Assembly: GCA_030265395.1 (NCBI GenBank)
Contig: JARFYF010000084.1
Coordinates: forward strand, 98,772,773 to 98,836,772
Source: Rhina ancylostomus
Taxonomy: Eukaryota
Direction: 5' to 3'
DNA: 64,000 bases
Position numbers and translations under genes: made by a program. Below are positions 24,655 to 37,409 of the stretch, piece after piece. The notes beneath the pieces are model-generated. The model was given only the letters and a program-made list of their open reading frames with translations. It did no database searches and was not told the DNA's origin. Within the stretch, counting starts at the first letter, position 1. Each line of letters opens with the position of its first letter.

Positions 24655-25989
24655 AGAACGAAGCAGCATTGATCGGATTGTATACTTTCAGCACCTCATT
24701 AGTTTCATGTTCTTTAAATAGTCAGTCTATTTTCCATCTTTTTAAAACATTGTATACGGTTTTCTAATAAACCACTATCAGATGTGTAATTTCTGTTTCC
24801 CATTTATTCCCAAGATTTAAATTTTAAAAAATAGAGTAGCCTTGATTATAAATAGTCAAGAAGCCACAAGGCGCGTCAGAACGTGAATGCACCATAAAAT
24901 GCCCTGGTTAGCACGTGAATCTATGGTTCTCATCAGATGATTATTGCATTGTGTTTTAGAACCAGACAAGTAACTTTGCATAACCCTTGGCTACTGTCAC
25001 ATGCAATGCACAACTGTTTAGTCTACATTCAAAATATTGACATCTAGTTTATATTATATGGCCATGTCCTTATTGGTCCATTGTACACTTATTTTCTTGT
25101 TCTTTTCTGTTATTTACACACATCAGACAACATGCTTTGTTACCAGATCAACAAAACCCACAAGATTCCCTGCTCAAAACAGCCAATCAAATGAATTATT
25201 AGGGACAATGTCCTTCATGTATATTCCAACATATTGGTATATTAAACATTGCAACAATGCTTTCAATAAAATTCCTATGCAACTGTAAAGGAATTAACCT
25301 ATGAGTACCATAGTTACATCCAGAAAATTATTCAATTGTTAATCTGGATACTAGTGGTTTTCCTTACAGTTGTGTTCTTTTTACTTCATTCACATTAGAA
25401 CATTTCTCCTTTCTAGTTATGACAGCAAGAGCAGGGAACAGAGTGATGATACTTAATATTTAAGTATTTAACAATACCCCAAGCTAGCACATTACAGAAT
25501 GGAATGCACCACACAAAGGAAGATTTGTTATATTGTAACACTGACAGAAAAACACCACTACCCCAACCTTTGCAAACATTTTTTTCAAAAGCTAATTGTA
25601 ATAAAATTAAGCACAGACAAAATAGACAGTGAATGGATTAAAAAAAACAAAAAATGAGCTATCACAACTGTAGCTACAAGTTATAAACATGCATAGTCAC
25701 CATAACACATACCATAGATGTGAAAATTGAACTGAATAAGTGCTTGGTTTCCTTCAAGTACAAGTACAAATAATAAGCATCTTCACAATCATGGTTCTGA
25801 TGACATGTTAAATTTTCTTTCAAACTCACCGTCTCCAAGTTCAACAAATATTATACTGGAGAGATGATAAATACAGAAAAATGGCAGTAGGCTCATATAG
25901 GAAAAGACATTTAGTCAAGTTAATAGAAGTAACGTATGGATCCCCAATAGGTCTGCCTTCTCACCAGGAGAAGGTTCATCACTAAGGAG

Positions 25990-26183
25990 TTAGTTAAGCT
26001 TTTTATCTAAGGTACTTTCTTCTTTCTCCCCTTCTTGGTCCTCAGGTGAGAAGTCAGTGCAAAATCCATTAACAGTGGGGGCAAATTGATTTTCCATGCT
26101 GTCTATGAAATCCATCTTCTGGTCTGGGTAAAGATAATCCTCAGCATAATCAGGATTCAAACGTGAAAACTTGTAGAAATCCA
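25990..26183 (-). CDS. lpcat1: LPCAT1 last coding exon
   Basis: ttag|TG GAT TTC...; DFYKFSRLNPDYAEDYLYPDQ...PTVNGFCTDFSPE...DKKLN*. Matches the LPCAT1-specific C-terminus (YLYPDQ, NGFC.DFSPE, KKxx ER-retrieval motif); TAA at 25990-25992. Confidence 0.95.
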
Positions 26184-27139
26184 CTAAAGTTAGAAAAATG
26201 AATAAATGAAAATGAGTATGCAATTCTCTACTTGTGTCAGATTCTTTTTTCTAAAATGGCACTGTGGTAGGAAACATAACAGCCACAGACTATTGTGTTT
26301 AAAAATGCCTTAAAATTCCTGAGATGAAACTGCAACACAATCTGGAGTGGGTAGATTAGACATGTGAATGCTGGAAAATTCAGTTACCAATTGGGGCAGG
26401 CAATTCTTGCATCTAATTTCTCTTTCCTGTAGATATCATATAAAAAGCCAGGGGGGTTTTGATAATGTCACAGCTATGTTTGTGGCTTAGCAATTGAGGG
26501 ATTTGGGTTAAAGGGTTGAATCCCACATAACTTTGGCTGGTGGTTCTGTCGGGAACTAACTACATTTGACTTCCTGATGTACCAATGGACTCTTTAGACA
26601 AGAAGCTGAATGCACATAAATACAGACATTCATAATTGAAAAGGGTTGCCAATGTTGATTAAAAAGCTATGTTCAGGTAAGCAATTTTTACTGTGTTTTT
26701 ACCCTGTTTATGATACAAGTACATCATTCTTAAATATTTAAATTGACTATATTTGGACTGTTTTTAAATCCCTCCATCAGAAAGCCTTAAAAAGCCATTT
26801 GGACATTCTGGAGCCTCAGCATCATTACCCAAGGTCCTACAATACTTCTGGTAGGGAATCCAAGTCTTAGTCCAGCCCTGTCCAACCTCTACACACAAGT
26901 GAATAACAACAGCGAGGGCAGGTGTTATTTCCACCCAACTGAACTGTAGTATTCTCAGATCTGGAACGATATCCACAAGAGTGGCAAGTGGAACCTAATC
27001 AGCATTAACAATTAAATAATTATATTTGTGTTATTAATGAACAAAAGAGGAGCCAGACAAAATTTCACAAAAACAAATATTTTGGATTTTGCTCTCATAC
27101 TTGCCAACATTACATGCAAATTCTGGACCATATATAGTC

Positions 27140-27430
27140 ACAAGATCACAAGACAAAGCAGAAGTAGGCCATTTGGCCCATTGAGTCTGCTCCATGAGCT
27201 AAACTAAACTATTCTCTCATCTAGCCCCAATTTCCAGCCTTTTCCCCATATCCCTTGATACCCTGACTAATTAGATGCCTATCAATCTCCTCCGCAAACA
27301 CCTCCAGTGATTGGGCCTCCACAGCTGTATGTGGAAAAGAATTCCATAAATCCACAACCCTCTGGCTAAAGAAATTTCTCATTTCTGTTTTAAATGGGTA
27401 CCTTGTAATTCTAAGACTGTGCCCTCTATA
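27140..27430 (-). mobile_element. CR1 3' fragment
   Basis: GAAGTAGGCCATTTGGCCC...AATTCCATAAATCCACAACCCTCTGG, the reverse complement of a CR1 tail. Confidence 0.7.
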
Positions 27431-27889
27431 TTGGGCTTGAGCACTTGACCCAATATGTACACATCACTCACTATGCAGTTGTGGTTGCAACTTGCGCCAC
27501 TCAGGAAATAATTGACTGAGTTTAGCCGCCAATCACCAATTATCAGCACAGAGGGCATGGGGGGGCGGGGTTAAGAGGAGGGAAGGTCACATGACTGTCA
27601 ATAAAAACAGGTAAAACTCGATGACAAAGCCATTGCATGAAAACAGGGATTGTACACTCCACTGAAGAATTACAAACAGCAAATAAGACAGTAGGATTCA
27701 GCAGATGCAGCTTTCTCAAGCAATATGCAACTAAAAAGGGGGTCAATGCATTAATAGCACAGTTGACAATTTCTTACGTCACTTCTTATAATAGTGTATG
27801 CTTAAGGTCAAATAAGTGGCCTGATAGGAAGTGTCCCTTTTATAACAAAGGACATTTTATTGCAAGGTAATTTTAGATGGGGAGAGTGC

Positions 27890-28440
27890 TAACGTACAAA
27901 TTGGGAGCAGGACAGGCCATTTGGCCCCTTGACCATGGCTGATCTGAATGTACATTCAACTTGACAACCACCAGCCCCATAATCTTACACCCCTTTGCTT
28001 AATAAGGATCTATCCCTGGCTTAAAAAAATATTTAAGTACACTACTTCATCCACACATTGAGGGGAAAAAAGTTCCGAAGACTCTGGACTCACAGGGAAC
28101 ATTCTGCTTCATCTGTCTTACACGAATAACCTATTATTTTTAACCTGTCTATTTTCAGATGCTTGCACTGGAGGAAATGCCGACCATGTTAAGACCCTTT
28201 CAGGATCTTATATGCTTCAATCAAGTCCCGCTCATTCTTCTAAACTCCAGCAGATACAAGCCTGACCTTTCCTCTAGAGATAACATCCTCATTAGACAAC
28301 CTATCCAGATATTGGTCTAGTAAATCTGTGAATTGTTTCTAATGCAATAGCATCCTTAAATAAGACTGATACTATACACAATACTTCACATGTGGTCTCA
28401 TCATGTCTTATATGACTGAAGCATAACCTCGCTGCTTCTT
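27890..28440 (-). mobile_element. Degenerate CR1 3' fragment
   Basis: Reverse-complement CR1 tail and ORF2 end. Confidence 0.6.
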
Positions 28441-29292
28441 GTAGGGAAGGCTTTAGAGACAGCTGGATGCCAAGGTATGGATGTGGTGGAAATCATCCTG
28501 CTGCCTGCTACCTCTGTGCCCTACGTGGTTTGCCCCCGCTTCGCTACGTTTCCTCAGCCTGTTCATGCTTCACCTTACCCTGTGCTGGCTTCTCACCCTG
28601 CACCTCTTCACATTTTGTGGCCCACTTCCAATCACCCCACTCTCCCTATGGCCAATTCCTGCTGTGCATTGCTTGGTTAGTTGCCCCTTTGCTCTGTCCA
28701 TCCCTGCTCCTGCTTCCCCCTACACAGTCCACTAGGCCACCACCCTTTAAGCAGCTAGAGTTCATAAGGAAAGGGAATAGAGACTTATGCCGCTAAGAGT
28801 TTGGAGGAAGATAGTAAAAGGCAAACATGGAGCAGAAACTCTTGCACAATTTTGTGTTATGGACTGATTATCTTTTTTCTATGATCAATATCTTCTTAGG
28901 TATTAGATAAGAAAGATTGTTTTTCTTTGGGGTGCAAGGTGGCAAAATAGTAGTTCCCCTTTTTGTAGTTAAGCCTCAGTATCTGATTAGGTTTACAAAA
29001 TACATTTTCTTATTTTAGATGCAAAATTTGAAAACTACATTTTTCCATTTTCAGATGAAAATCATGCAAAATACAAATTCAAACTAAGTTTCTATTGGTT
29101 AAAAATTAGAAACAATGGACAAGTTTAACATATGACATTGGACAAAGGATCTACAATTAGGAAATGTTGAGGCTTGGTTGGCAAAGGGAACATGGAAACA
29201 ACAAGGACATTAGGAACACTTGACACATCTAATTACAAGATGAAAGGATGAATACAAATTCAATAGTCCAAACAAATGAATATTACACTTAC

Positions 29293-29431
29293 TATAACTG
29301 ATCCTTCCCCTCTGAGTAACATCAATAGCTTCAAATAAACTTGATACATCAAGCTTATGTATTCCCAAAGCAGTCTTCAGAATGCAGGCCAGATCATCAT
29401 CATCTATAGTTTGTTCAGCTGACTCGTACAT
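29293..29431 (-). CDS. lpcat1: LPCAT1 penultimate exon
   Basis: acag|ATG TAC GAG...; MYESAEQTIDDDDLACILKTALGIHKLDVSSLFEAIDVTQRGRISY; donor A|GTAAGT; 139 bp. Confidence 0.94.
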
Positions 29432-30164
29432 CTGTTAACAAAATATAAAATGTTCCCATTTTAGCCATCTGCAGTAAATTGAAAACTTGTACACAAGAAT
29501 AAAATTGACTTGTTTCTCTTTGCTGTGGTAAAGCTCAATACATTTAAATGAATACACCATTATTCTGAGACAACTTTAGTAAAAGATGTAGGAAGTAGTG
29601 TTCTGGACATTGCCATTGCTAAAGACCTTGCATAAGTTGAATTATCCTTGCATCCATACACATGTACAATCTACCAGCCATCATAACAAGTATGATCACT
29701 TATGAAAATAGGATGCTGGGAAAATGCAATTTCTTGATGACAACGACTCAGGATCTTGCATTTGCTGTCAGCACACCATGAAAACAACTGCTGGAGTAAA
29801 CATACACACGCACCGTTAAACACAAACCCAAAAGCTGCTGTTAGTGATTGCCTGCTTCTTCAAAAGGTGCAATGTTTGAGGCTTTCTCCAGAGTAATCAG
29901 TGAATTTGAAAAACCTAAAGCTTTTTTTAAACTATTCTCAATGCAAAATACCTTAAAAATGTCTCATTTCATTGCATTAAGTTTAAACAATCTTTGGTGG
30001 TGTACTAAGCCGCAATTACTGCTTAAGAAACACCGACTCTAAACGCCAGCACTGATTTTATACACAACTTCCATATATTACAATCTCGTGTATTCCAGTT
30101 GCTCCTAAGTGCACCCTCAAATATTTAAAATATCAGCTAAAATTAAAGTCCTTCCTGCTTGTTA

Positions 30165-30706
30165 AAGATTGGTATTGGTTTATTATTGTCACTTGTACCA
30201 AGCTACAGCAAAAAACTTGTCTTGCATACCGATCGTACAGGTCAATTCATTACGCAGTGCAGTAACACTGAGTTAGTACAGAGTGCATTGAGGTAGTTAC
30301 AGGTAAAAACAATAACAGTAAAGTGTCACAGCTACAGAAGAAGTGCAGTGCAATAAGGTGCAAGGTCATAATAAGATAGATCATGAGGTCATAGTCCATC
30401 TCATCATAAGGGAACCATTCAATAGTCTTATCACAATGGGATGGAAGCTGTCCTTGAGCCTGGTGGTATGTGCCCTCAGGCTCCTGTATCTTCTGCCTGA
30501 TGGGAGAGGAAGAATGACCCAGGTGGGTGGGGTCTTAGATTATGCTGGCTGCTTTGCCAAGGCAGCGAGAGATAAAGACAGAGTCCATGGAGGGGAGGCT
30601 GATTTCCGTGATGCGCTGGGTTGTGTCCTCAACTCTCTGCAGTTTCTTGCAGTCCTGGGCAGAGCAGTTGCCATACCAAGCTGTGATGCATCCAGATAGG
30701 ATGCTT
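30165..30706 (-). mobile_element. Rex1/Babar LINE 3' fragment
   Basis: SILSGCITAWYGNCSAQDCKKLQRV..T.Q.I....LPS.DS...SRCL.KAASII plus tail ...GTACAAGTGACAATAATAAACCAATACCAAT. Confidence 0.9.
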
Positions 30707-31339
30707 NNNNNNNNNNNNNNNNNNNNNNNNNNNNNNNNNNNNNNNNNNNNNNNNNNNNNNNNNNNNNNNNNNNNNNNNNNNNNNNNNNNNNNNNNNNNNN
30801 TGTAAGCAATTTTCTTAGAGGGCAAGTCCTATCACTGTCACAGACTGCAAAATCCAGACCAATGCTGAAATCAATTCAATACAAGTTGACCTACCAGCCT
30901 GGATAAAAAGGTACCCTGGACTGTTGAGAGAGCAAGATTGACTACTCATTCAATCCCCTCCTTGTTAGAGACATGCATCAGTGAACCGAAATGCTCCAAA
31001 TAGTATTTTGCTAATATAGAAGGTAATAAAAAAGATTGACCAAATAGTTACATGTTTATCAGCTTAAATTAGAAGTGGGGAAAATTACTGGAAAAATTCC
31101 AAAGGACAGCACAAATCATTCAAACACCCACTGATTAACCAAGGACAGTTAGCATGTGAAGGAAAATGAAAAAAAAAACACACAATTCTTCTGTTCCAAT
31201 GAAAGGTCTTCAATTTGAAACAACATTTTCTCTTCCGAGAAATGCTCCCTGACCAGCTAAACATTTCTAGTTTTTATTAACAGTCACCATTTATGTACTC
31301 AGGGAAGGTCAATACCTTGTATGCCATTTTTATTTGCAG

Positions 31340-31605
31340 TGGTGGGTGATGGTAAGAAAGTATAGACATCTGAAATGTACAAATTTGAAAAGTATCCTGT
31401 GGGTGACATGAAACATCTATTTCTCTCACAACTAGAGGGCTAGGTTGAAGGTAATGAGTAAAGTGCTGAGAGAGGATACAAGGAACACAAACAGTGGTGG
31501 GTGACTGGAATTTGCTGCCTGAGAGGTTGATGGGGAGAAGAAATGATCACATTTACAAAGTAAATGGATGAACACAATGTACCTGACTCTACAGGGATAC
31601 GGAGT
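31340..31605 (+). mobile_element. Degenerate CR1 3' fragment
   Basis: GTGGTGGGTGACTGGAATTTGCTGCCTGAG (VV..WN.LP). Confidence 0.55.
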
Positions 31606-32661
31606 GAAGACCCTTCATCAGAACTGGAAAAGCAAGAAAACTCGTTTTAAGATGCAGAGAGGGGAATGTTTGTGAGAGTGTTGCCACCTTAGTGTTGAGT
31701 TGCTCGGAATAGTTCTGAGGTGCACTTTGGACAAAACAATGCATTGTAGGTGCTCAAACCATATGTCATCTGCTCAGCCAATAACTTGAATACCAACTTC
31801 AGTTTATTCAAAGAAATGAATTATTTAGAAGTGCAAATCATTCAGACATACTAATTTCTAATATCAGTCAAATTTAAGAAAGTCAGACTCACATCTTCCA
31901 TCCTTCATAAACCTGAACTCATCCAAGATTTTGATGCTCATTTTCTAGCTGCACCGACTCATTCATCATTCCAGCACACCCTTGTCTCCTCCCTGAAAGG
32001 CTCCATTCTTTAACTCCAATCATGCAATTGAAATCATTCCATATTCTTTCTTCCTATCCATGATTTACCCCATCTAACATTCTTTGATCCATATCAATCA
32101 CCAGTCCCCAGCAATCCCTCACCAAGATCTCTATTGCTTCAGCTTCAACTCCTTACTTCTTTTGCCCCACCTTTGGTGTCCACCCACACAGTCATCTAAA
32201 CATTAATGTTGGAATTTGCACCAAAACTTTGGTATCCTGCCAACTCTTGTTGCATTAAGCACTTTTAAGGCATTCTGGCAGGGTTTAATTACATGAAATT
32301 GCTTAATACGAGTAGTTGCTGCTTCCAGCTTTGAAAGGAGCGGAGACACGAACCTATAATGCCATACCAAGTAATAAATATGTAATCAAAAGTTAGATAA
32401 AATATTGCAGAGAGGAGTTAGTAATAAACAAATTTAATAGTTAAGAATTCTTAAAGTGATTAGTTAAGATGAAAACCCAGCAATCATTTAAGAAACAACT
32501 CAATTCTGTGATGGTTGATCAGAAACAGATTAAAAGCTGAACAGTCTTCCTCATCTGTATTTATTTTAAGGCTTCGGAAATAGTTCATCAAAGCCACAGT
32601 GATGGCACAAATTCCACACTTTATCATTCTCAGAAAGACATTTGTATTACTTCTTCCTAAG

Positions 32662-32971
32662 TGTTACGAACCAGCAACAAATGAAACACACCAAGACATG
32701 TATAAGTGTTAAAAACTACTTTATTAATAACTACTTATGATAATAAGAAAAATAAAAGTNNNNNNNNNNNNNNNNNNNNNNNNNNNNNNNNNNNNNNNNN
32801 NNNNNNNNNNNNNNNNNNNNNNNNNNNNNNNNNNNNNNNNNNNNNNNNNNNNNNNNNNNGACTGGTTGTTTCAACAACAACGTCATGGCGTTCTTTATCT
32901 TCTGTTGACATAAGCACGCCACACACACTATCTAAAAGGGACACTCACTAATTGTAACCTAGTCCATAACA
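32662..32971 (-). mobile_element. LTR-bounded insertion, probably a solo LTR (contains a gap)
   Basis: Termini TGTTACG...CATAACA; 5-bp TSD CTAAG at 32657-32661 and 32972-32976; minus-strand AATAAA at 32720-32725. Confidence 0.75.
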
Positions 32972-33408
32972 CTAAGTAGTATCTTCACAGTGATGGAAGT
33001 GAGTTTCATAATTGTATCATTGTCAAAAAAGGTCAGTACTTTTAAGTTGTAGAATTGGAGCTACAATGAATCAACAGCAACTCGAAAATTTATTCAGCTG
33101 TTTTGCTGATAATTTTTACACACTGCAATGCATCTAAATGCACATATCTAAAAGACATGATTTCAAGTAAAGGGCACTGGGAAACAAATAATCTGACTTC
33201 AGTGGCTTCAATATCTGTTAAATGATTTTGTCTGTCATTTGTGAGCAACATATTCAGCAAAGTCAAATGGATTTAGTAAGCGTTCAACAACATACAAGGC
33301 CTTGTTCTGTTTCAATATTATTTGCTTTGGATTGAAGTCAGGATATCCTCAAGAAATTTCATATAAATTCACAGAGGAAAAGTTATTCAAAACAGGAAGT
33401 AAAACAAA

Positions 33409-33687
33409 TTATTTAGTCACATATACATCAAAACACACAGTGAAATGCGTCTTTTTGTGTTACTAAGAATATGCTGGGGGGCAGCCTGCAAGTGTCGCCA
33501 CTCTTCCAGTGCCAACATAGCACGCCCACAGCTCCTAACCCGTACGTCTGTGGAATGTGGGAGGAAACTGGAGCACCTAGAGGAAACCCATGCAGACATG
33601 ATGAGAACATACAAGCTCCTTAGAGACAGTGGTGGAATTGAACCTGGGTCGCTGGCGCTGTAATAGCATTGCGCTAACCGCTGCACT
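33409..33687 (-). mobile_element. tRNA-derived V-SINE
   Basis: Minus strand has A/B-box-like head (GCAGCGGTTAGCGC...GGTTCAATTCC), V-domain GGGTTTCCTCTAGGTGCTCCAGTTTCCTCCCAC and a tail; paralog of 61441-61728. Confidence 0.85.
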
Positions 33688-34359
33688 AGTTCAAGTACAT
33701 AATCATTGGATACAAACACAAAATATAATGACTACTCAATTAAAATTTTATTTTCAATAGGATTATGATTAGTTCAAGCAGCATACACTACAAAAATAGT
33801 CTCCTTGGGGAATCTACTTAAATTATTTCCCCGTGTGCACGTAGACCAAGCCAGTGTTTATACAGGAAGCTTCATAAAATAATCAGATAAATAAGTTATC
33901 ATAAATTGTTTAATTGGAAATGGAACCATCCAAATTTGAAAGAAATGCAAATGATCATAACACTACCAGTTAAGAATATATACAAGTACTTCATAAGAAC
34001 ATGGTCAGGGTTCTTCTGTATGGAAAAAATATTAAAAATTAATTTATTGGCTATGGCTATTACTGGTTACTTAATGCCCCTTCCCCAATTGTCTAATAGT
34101 AAGGGATGATAGACTGGCCTCTCAGACTGGTGGGAAGGTAGTGTCACAGGAAAAATTTGTAACATATCGACATGCTTCAGCAAAAGTAGTTAACATGATT
34201 TAACAAAATATTAGAAAGCTTTGACTTTGAATGGGAATGAAGGTTACAAGGAGAAACAGAAGCCAGCAAAAAGATCAATAAGATACTTCATCCGCTGTTG
34301 TAGTCATGGACAGGCCAATTGTGCAAGGCAACCAATAGAATTTGCAAGGTTATGTTTTG

Positions 34360-34675
34360 TTTTCAAATCCCTCAATGGCCTCATTCTCCCTATTGCGATC
34401 ATTTCCTTAAACTCCACAACCCTCTGATCAGACTTTTAATTGTACCAGAATGTAAATGCTGTGTAAAGCCAGCTTTACCTTCAGATGCTAAGACCTTAAT
34501 TTTACCGCCCCCTTCCCTCCCCACACAAAAAAATTCCTTCCTTCTTTAAGACACCACTTAAAATTGACCAAACCTTTGGTCACCTGCCACAACATTGTGT
34601 GGCCTAGCATCCAGGTTTTGGATAACATCTGTGAGACACACTAGGATCTGTTGCTATATAAATGCAAGTTGCTGC
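34360..34675 (+). mobile_element. L2-like LINE 3' fragment
   Basis: TTCAAATCCCTC.ATGGCCTC ... GCTATATAAATGCAAGTTG tail. Confidence 0.55.
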
Positions 34676-35169
34676 TGGTAGAGGTTTGATCAATCACGGG
34701 CAGAATTTGGAACCTTCATTTGATATTGGATATTCTTTGAATACCTTGTTGAGGTAGGTCAGACCTGATGAATCACAAAATCTTTTTGGTTTATTCTTTT
34801 TTTTCAGTATTATCCATGCGGACCATAATGTATTTAATGCTAACTTCAAGTTATTATAAATGACCTATCTTACAGTTCTTTACTGCATACTTAACATTGC
34901 AGATTGCAATACAAATATTAATAAATCTTGGTTTTCACATTAAAAGTCTTCTGTTAAATTTCAAGCAATTGTTATCACAACTAAATCACAAATTCCATCA
35001 TATCACAAGATATAAAGCCCCTAAAAAATGGACTTAATGAAATAGCTGTAGTTTTACTCAACTTCATTACATTCCAGACACAATTCTAAAAAAGAAACTG
35101 GATGGTTCATTTTCCATTTAAACACTATATACATGATTACTGAATGTCCACTACATAATGAATACTTAC

Positions 35170-35268
35170 CTTAAATGCCAACTTAATAGTTTCAAGAGTG
35201 TTAGATGGTCTTGATACTACAGACAAGGCAATCACATACTCTCTGAAATCAATTGTTCCATCTTTATT
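35170..35268 (-). CDS. lpcat1: LPCAT1 internal exon (EF-hand loop)
   Basis: tcag|AAT AAA GAT...; NKDGTIDFREYVIALSVVSRPSNTLETIKLAFK; donor AAG|GTAAGT; 99 bp. Confidence 0.95.
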
Positions 35269-35485
35269 CTGAAAGAAAAAATAACTAATTAGTAATTTGC
35301 AATGCAAGGAAACAAATCTGGTGATATCTGGGGGGAGAAAAATCAAACTACAAATGTACTTCATTCNNNNNNNNNNNNNNNNNNNNNNNNNNNNNNNNNN
35401 NNNNNNNNNNNNNNNNNNNNNNNNNNNNNNNNNNNNNNNNNNNNNNNNNNNNNNNNNNNNNNNNNNAAATGTACTTCATTCCAAT

Positions 35486-35580
35486 TCTTCTTAAAGGGTT
35501 TTGACTCGATACATTGACCACCTGCTTTTCTCCACAGATGCTGCCTGGCCTGCTGAATTCCTCCAGCATTATGTTTTTCA
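35486..35580 (+). mobile_element. Short Penelope pLTR insertion with 14-bp TSD
   Basis: TACTTCATTCCAAT at 35472-35485 and 35581-35594 flanks CACAGATGCTGCCTGGCCTGCTGAATTCCTCCAGCAT. Confidence 0.7.
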
Positions 35581-35639
35581 TACTTCATTCCAATGTTAAG
35601 TTATTTAAGAAAAACCCATTGAAGGTATTATTTCAAACA

Positions 35640-36085
35640 AAAAAACGATTGGCAGGTGCGGGGGCAGGAGAGGAGAGCAGATTCACCTGGCGATGGGTTA
35701 AAGGCAAGGAGGAGAAAAAGGGGGGGGCAGGATAAAAAAAAAGGCTAGGATAGGGAAGAAAAGAAGAGGCATGGTTGGAGGTGGGTGTGGGGATTACTTA
35801 AAGTGGTAGAATTCAATGTTCATCTGCCTATTACTATCTCTTACCTGCATCAACTTATCACCACCTTGTGCCCACCCCACCTCCCTTCTTTTGTCCACCT
35901 ATCACTGCTCTGCTTTTCCCTTCTATATATATTTTGGGCTTCCCCTTTTCCTATCTTCAGTCCTGAAGAAGGGTCCTGGTCCAAATTGTTGACTACCTGC
36001 TTTTCTCCATGTTTGCTGCCTGGCCTGCTGCATCATACTGTTTTCCATCTAGATTCCAGCATCTGCAGTCCTCTGTTTGTTCTGT
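35640..36085. mobile_element. Penelope-like 3' region with inverted arrangement and hammerhead remnant
   Basis: Minus-strand ORF end (ATGAACATTGAATTC, MNIEF) joined to a plus-strand pLTR containing AGTC CTGAAGA AGGGTCCTGGTCC AAATTGTT GACT (35959-35994). Confidence 0.7.
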
Positions 36086-37409
36086 ATGAACTTACCTACT
36101 TCAGTAAAATTATGCTACTGTGCAATCTAAAAGAAAGTGAATTAAAAGTGTGTGGCATTATACCCAATAGTCTGGAAAATCTGCTAGTCTGGCACCAAAA
36201 TGCTGAGATGTGGATTATTGGAGTTTTAGTGTATTTGCCTTAAATTTATCCAGTAGCATACGTTTCCAACTGACTTTTGTTCCACATTATAGTCTCCAAG
36301 ATTCCCCACAATTGATCTTAAGTGGCTAACAAGATCTCAGGCTTACTGCTCCATTTTCTTGAAGTGCAACTTGCATAATCTTTTTCATCTAAGGTCATTC
36401 CCATATTCCAATCTATTAGGAAAATTGAAATCATTACTATTGTTCCTAAAAATTATGCATATTTGTACAAGTGCAAATGTGCTCCTCCTTTCTAATATTA
36501 GCAACTTATGAAATACACACAGTAACACAAAAGCTTCTCAAATAATCTTTTATTCCCCCAACAGACTGCTCCTCACCCCTCAAATACATTGCACCCCCAC
36601 CCAGAGCCATTATATAATTTCAGTGATCAATAATGCTCTCTCTCTCTCTCATCTTTCTTACCCATTCCTCATATTTTACAGCCAAGAATGTAGCAGACTA
36701 ACAATTCAATTATAGGACCTCTCTCAAACCATGTAATACAAACAGTCTGTAATCTACAGGTTCAACTGGCTTGGTTACAATGTAAATGACGTTATCCAGA
36801 CTTCTCCAAACAAGCAATTTCTCATGCTTGTTTCTGTCCCTTTGTAGTGTGCACTTGGGGAGGGGGCAAATGTGAGAAAGGAGTTGAAGGTGGATGGACA
36901 TTACATGTGCAGGGATACAAACGCAAGATCAGAATCCCTTCATCTGTTTTCTAGCCAGGATTCTGGACATTTCCAAATGTCAAATACAAAAGCTATTGGG
37001 TTACAAGATGTACGTGAAAGCATATTTCAGAGGAAAATAAAACAAAGGAGCAGTTTTAAGGCCAATGTTACATTGCTTTTGCATAAGCTCAACTACTGCT
37101 GTTTCTTCCTGCTACTGCTTATAAGTGCAATGTGTTCCTCAAATGGAACGTTTGCAAAGAGAGCATTTTCAAGGCAAAAATTGGATAACCAGGCAAGTCA
37201 TAATGTACAAATAGTTTAATATACCTTCTGCTTATATCCTCCCATGGACAGATGCATGCAGTTCACATGGATAAATTAAGTTCTAATTTTTGAACTGGAA
37301 TACAGCATCATGTAGAAATATGTGATCAGCCTCATTCATGTAATATTAGATCATATATATTTAACGTCATCATATATTTAATGTCACACTTTCTGACAGT
37401 ATAGTTTAC

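Larger units (their letters stand above)
22110..25989 (-). other. lpcat1: Putative lpcat1 3' UTR (~3.9 kb)
   Basis: Repeat-poor, AT-rich stretch after the stop, ending at a minus-strand AATAAA (22128-22133) followed by a GU/U-rich tract (TGGTGGTTTTTCT). Other AATAAA candidates lie near 24803 and 23807. Confidence 0.55.

Noticed and set aside
28467-28796. Three overlapping plus-strand ORFs up to 109 aa
   Set aside because: C/T-rich low-complexity sequence, probably TE-derived, which is naturally stop-poor.
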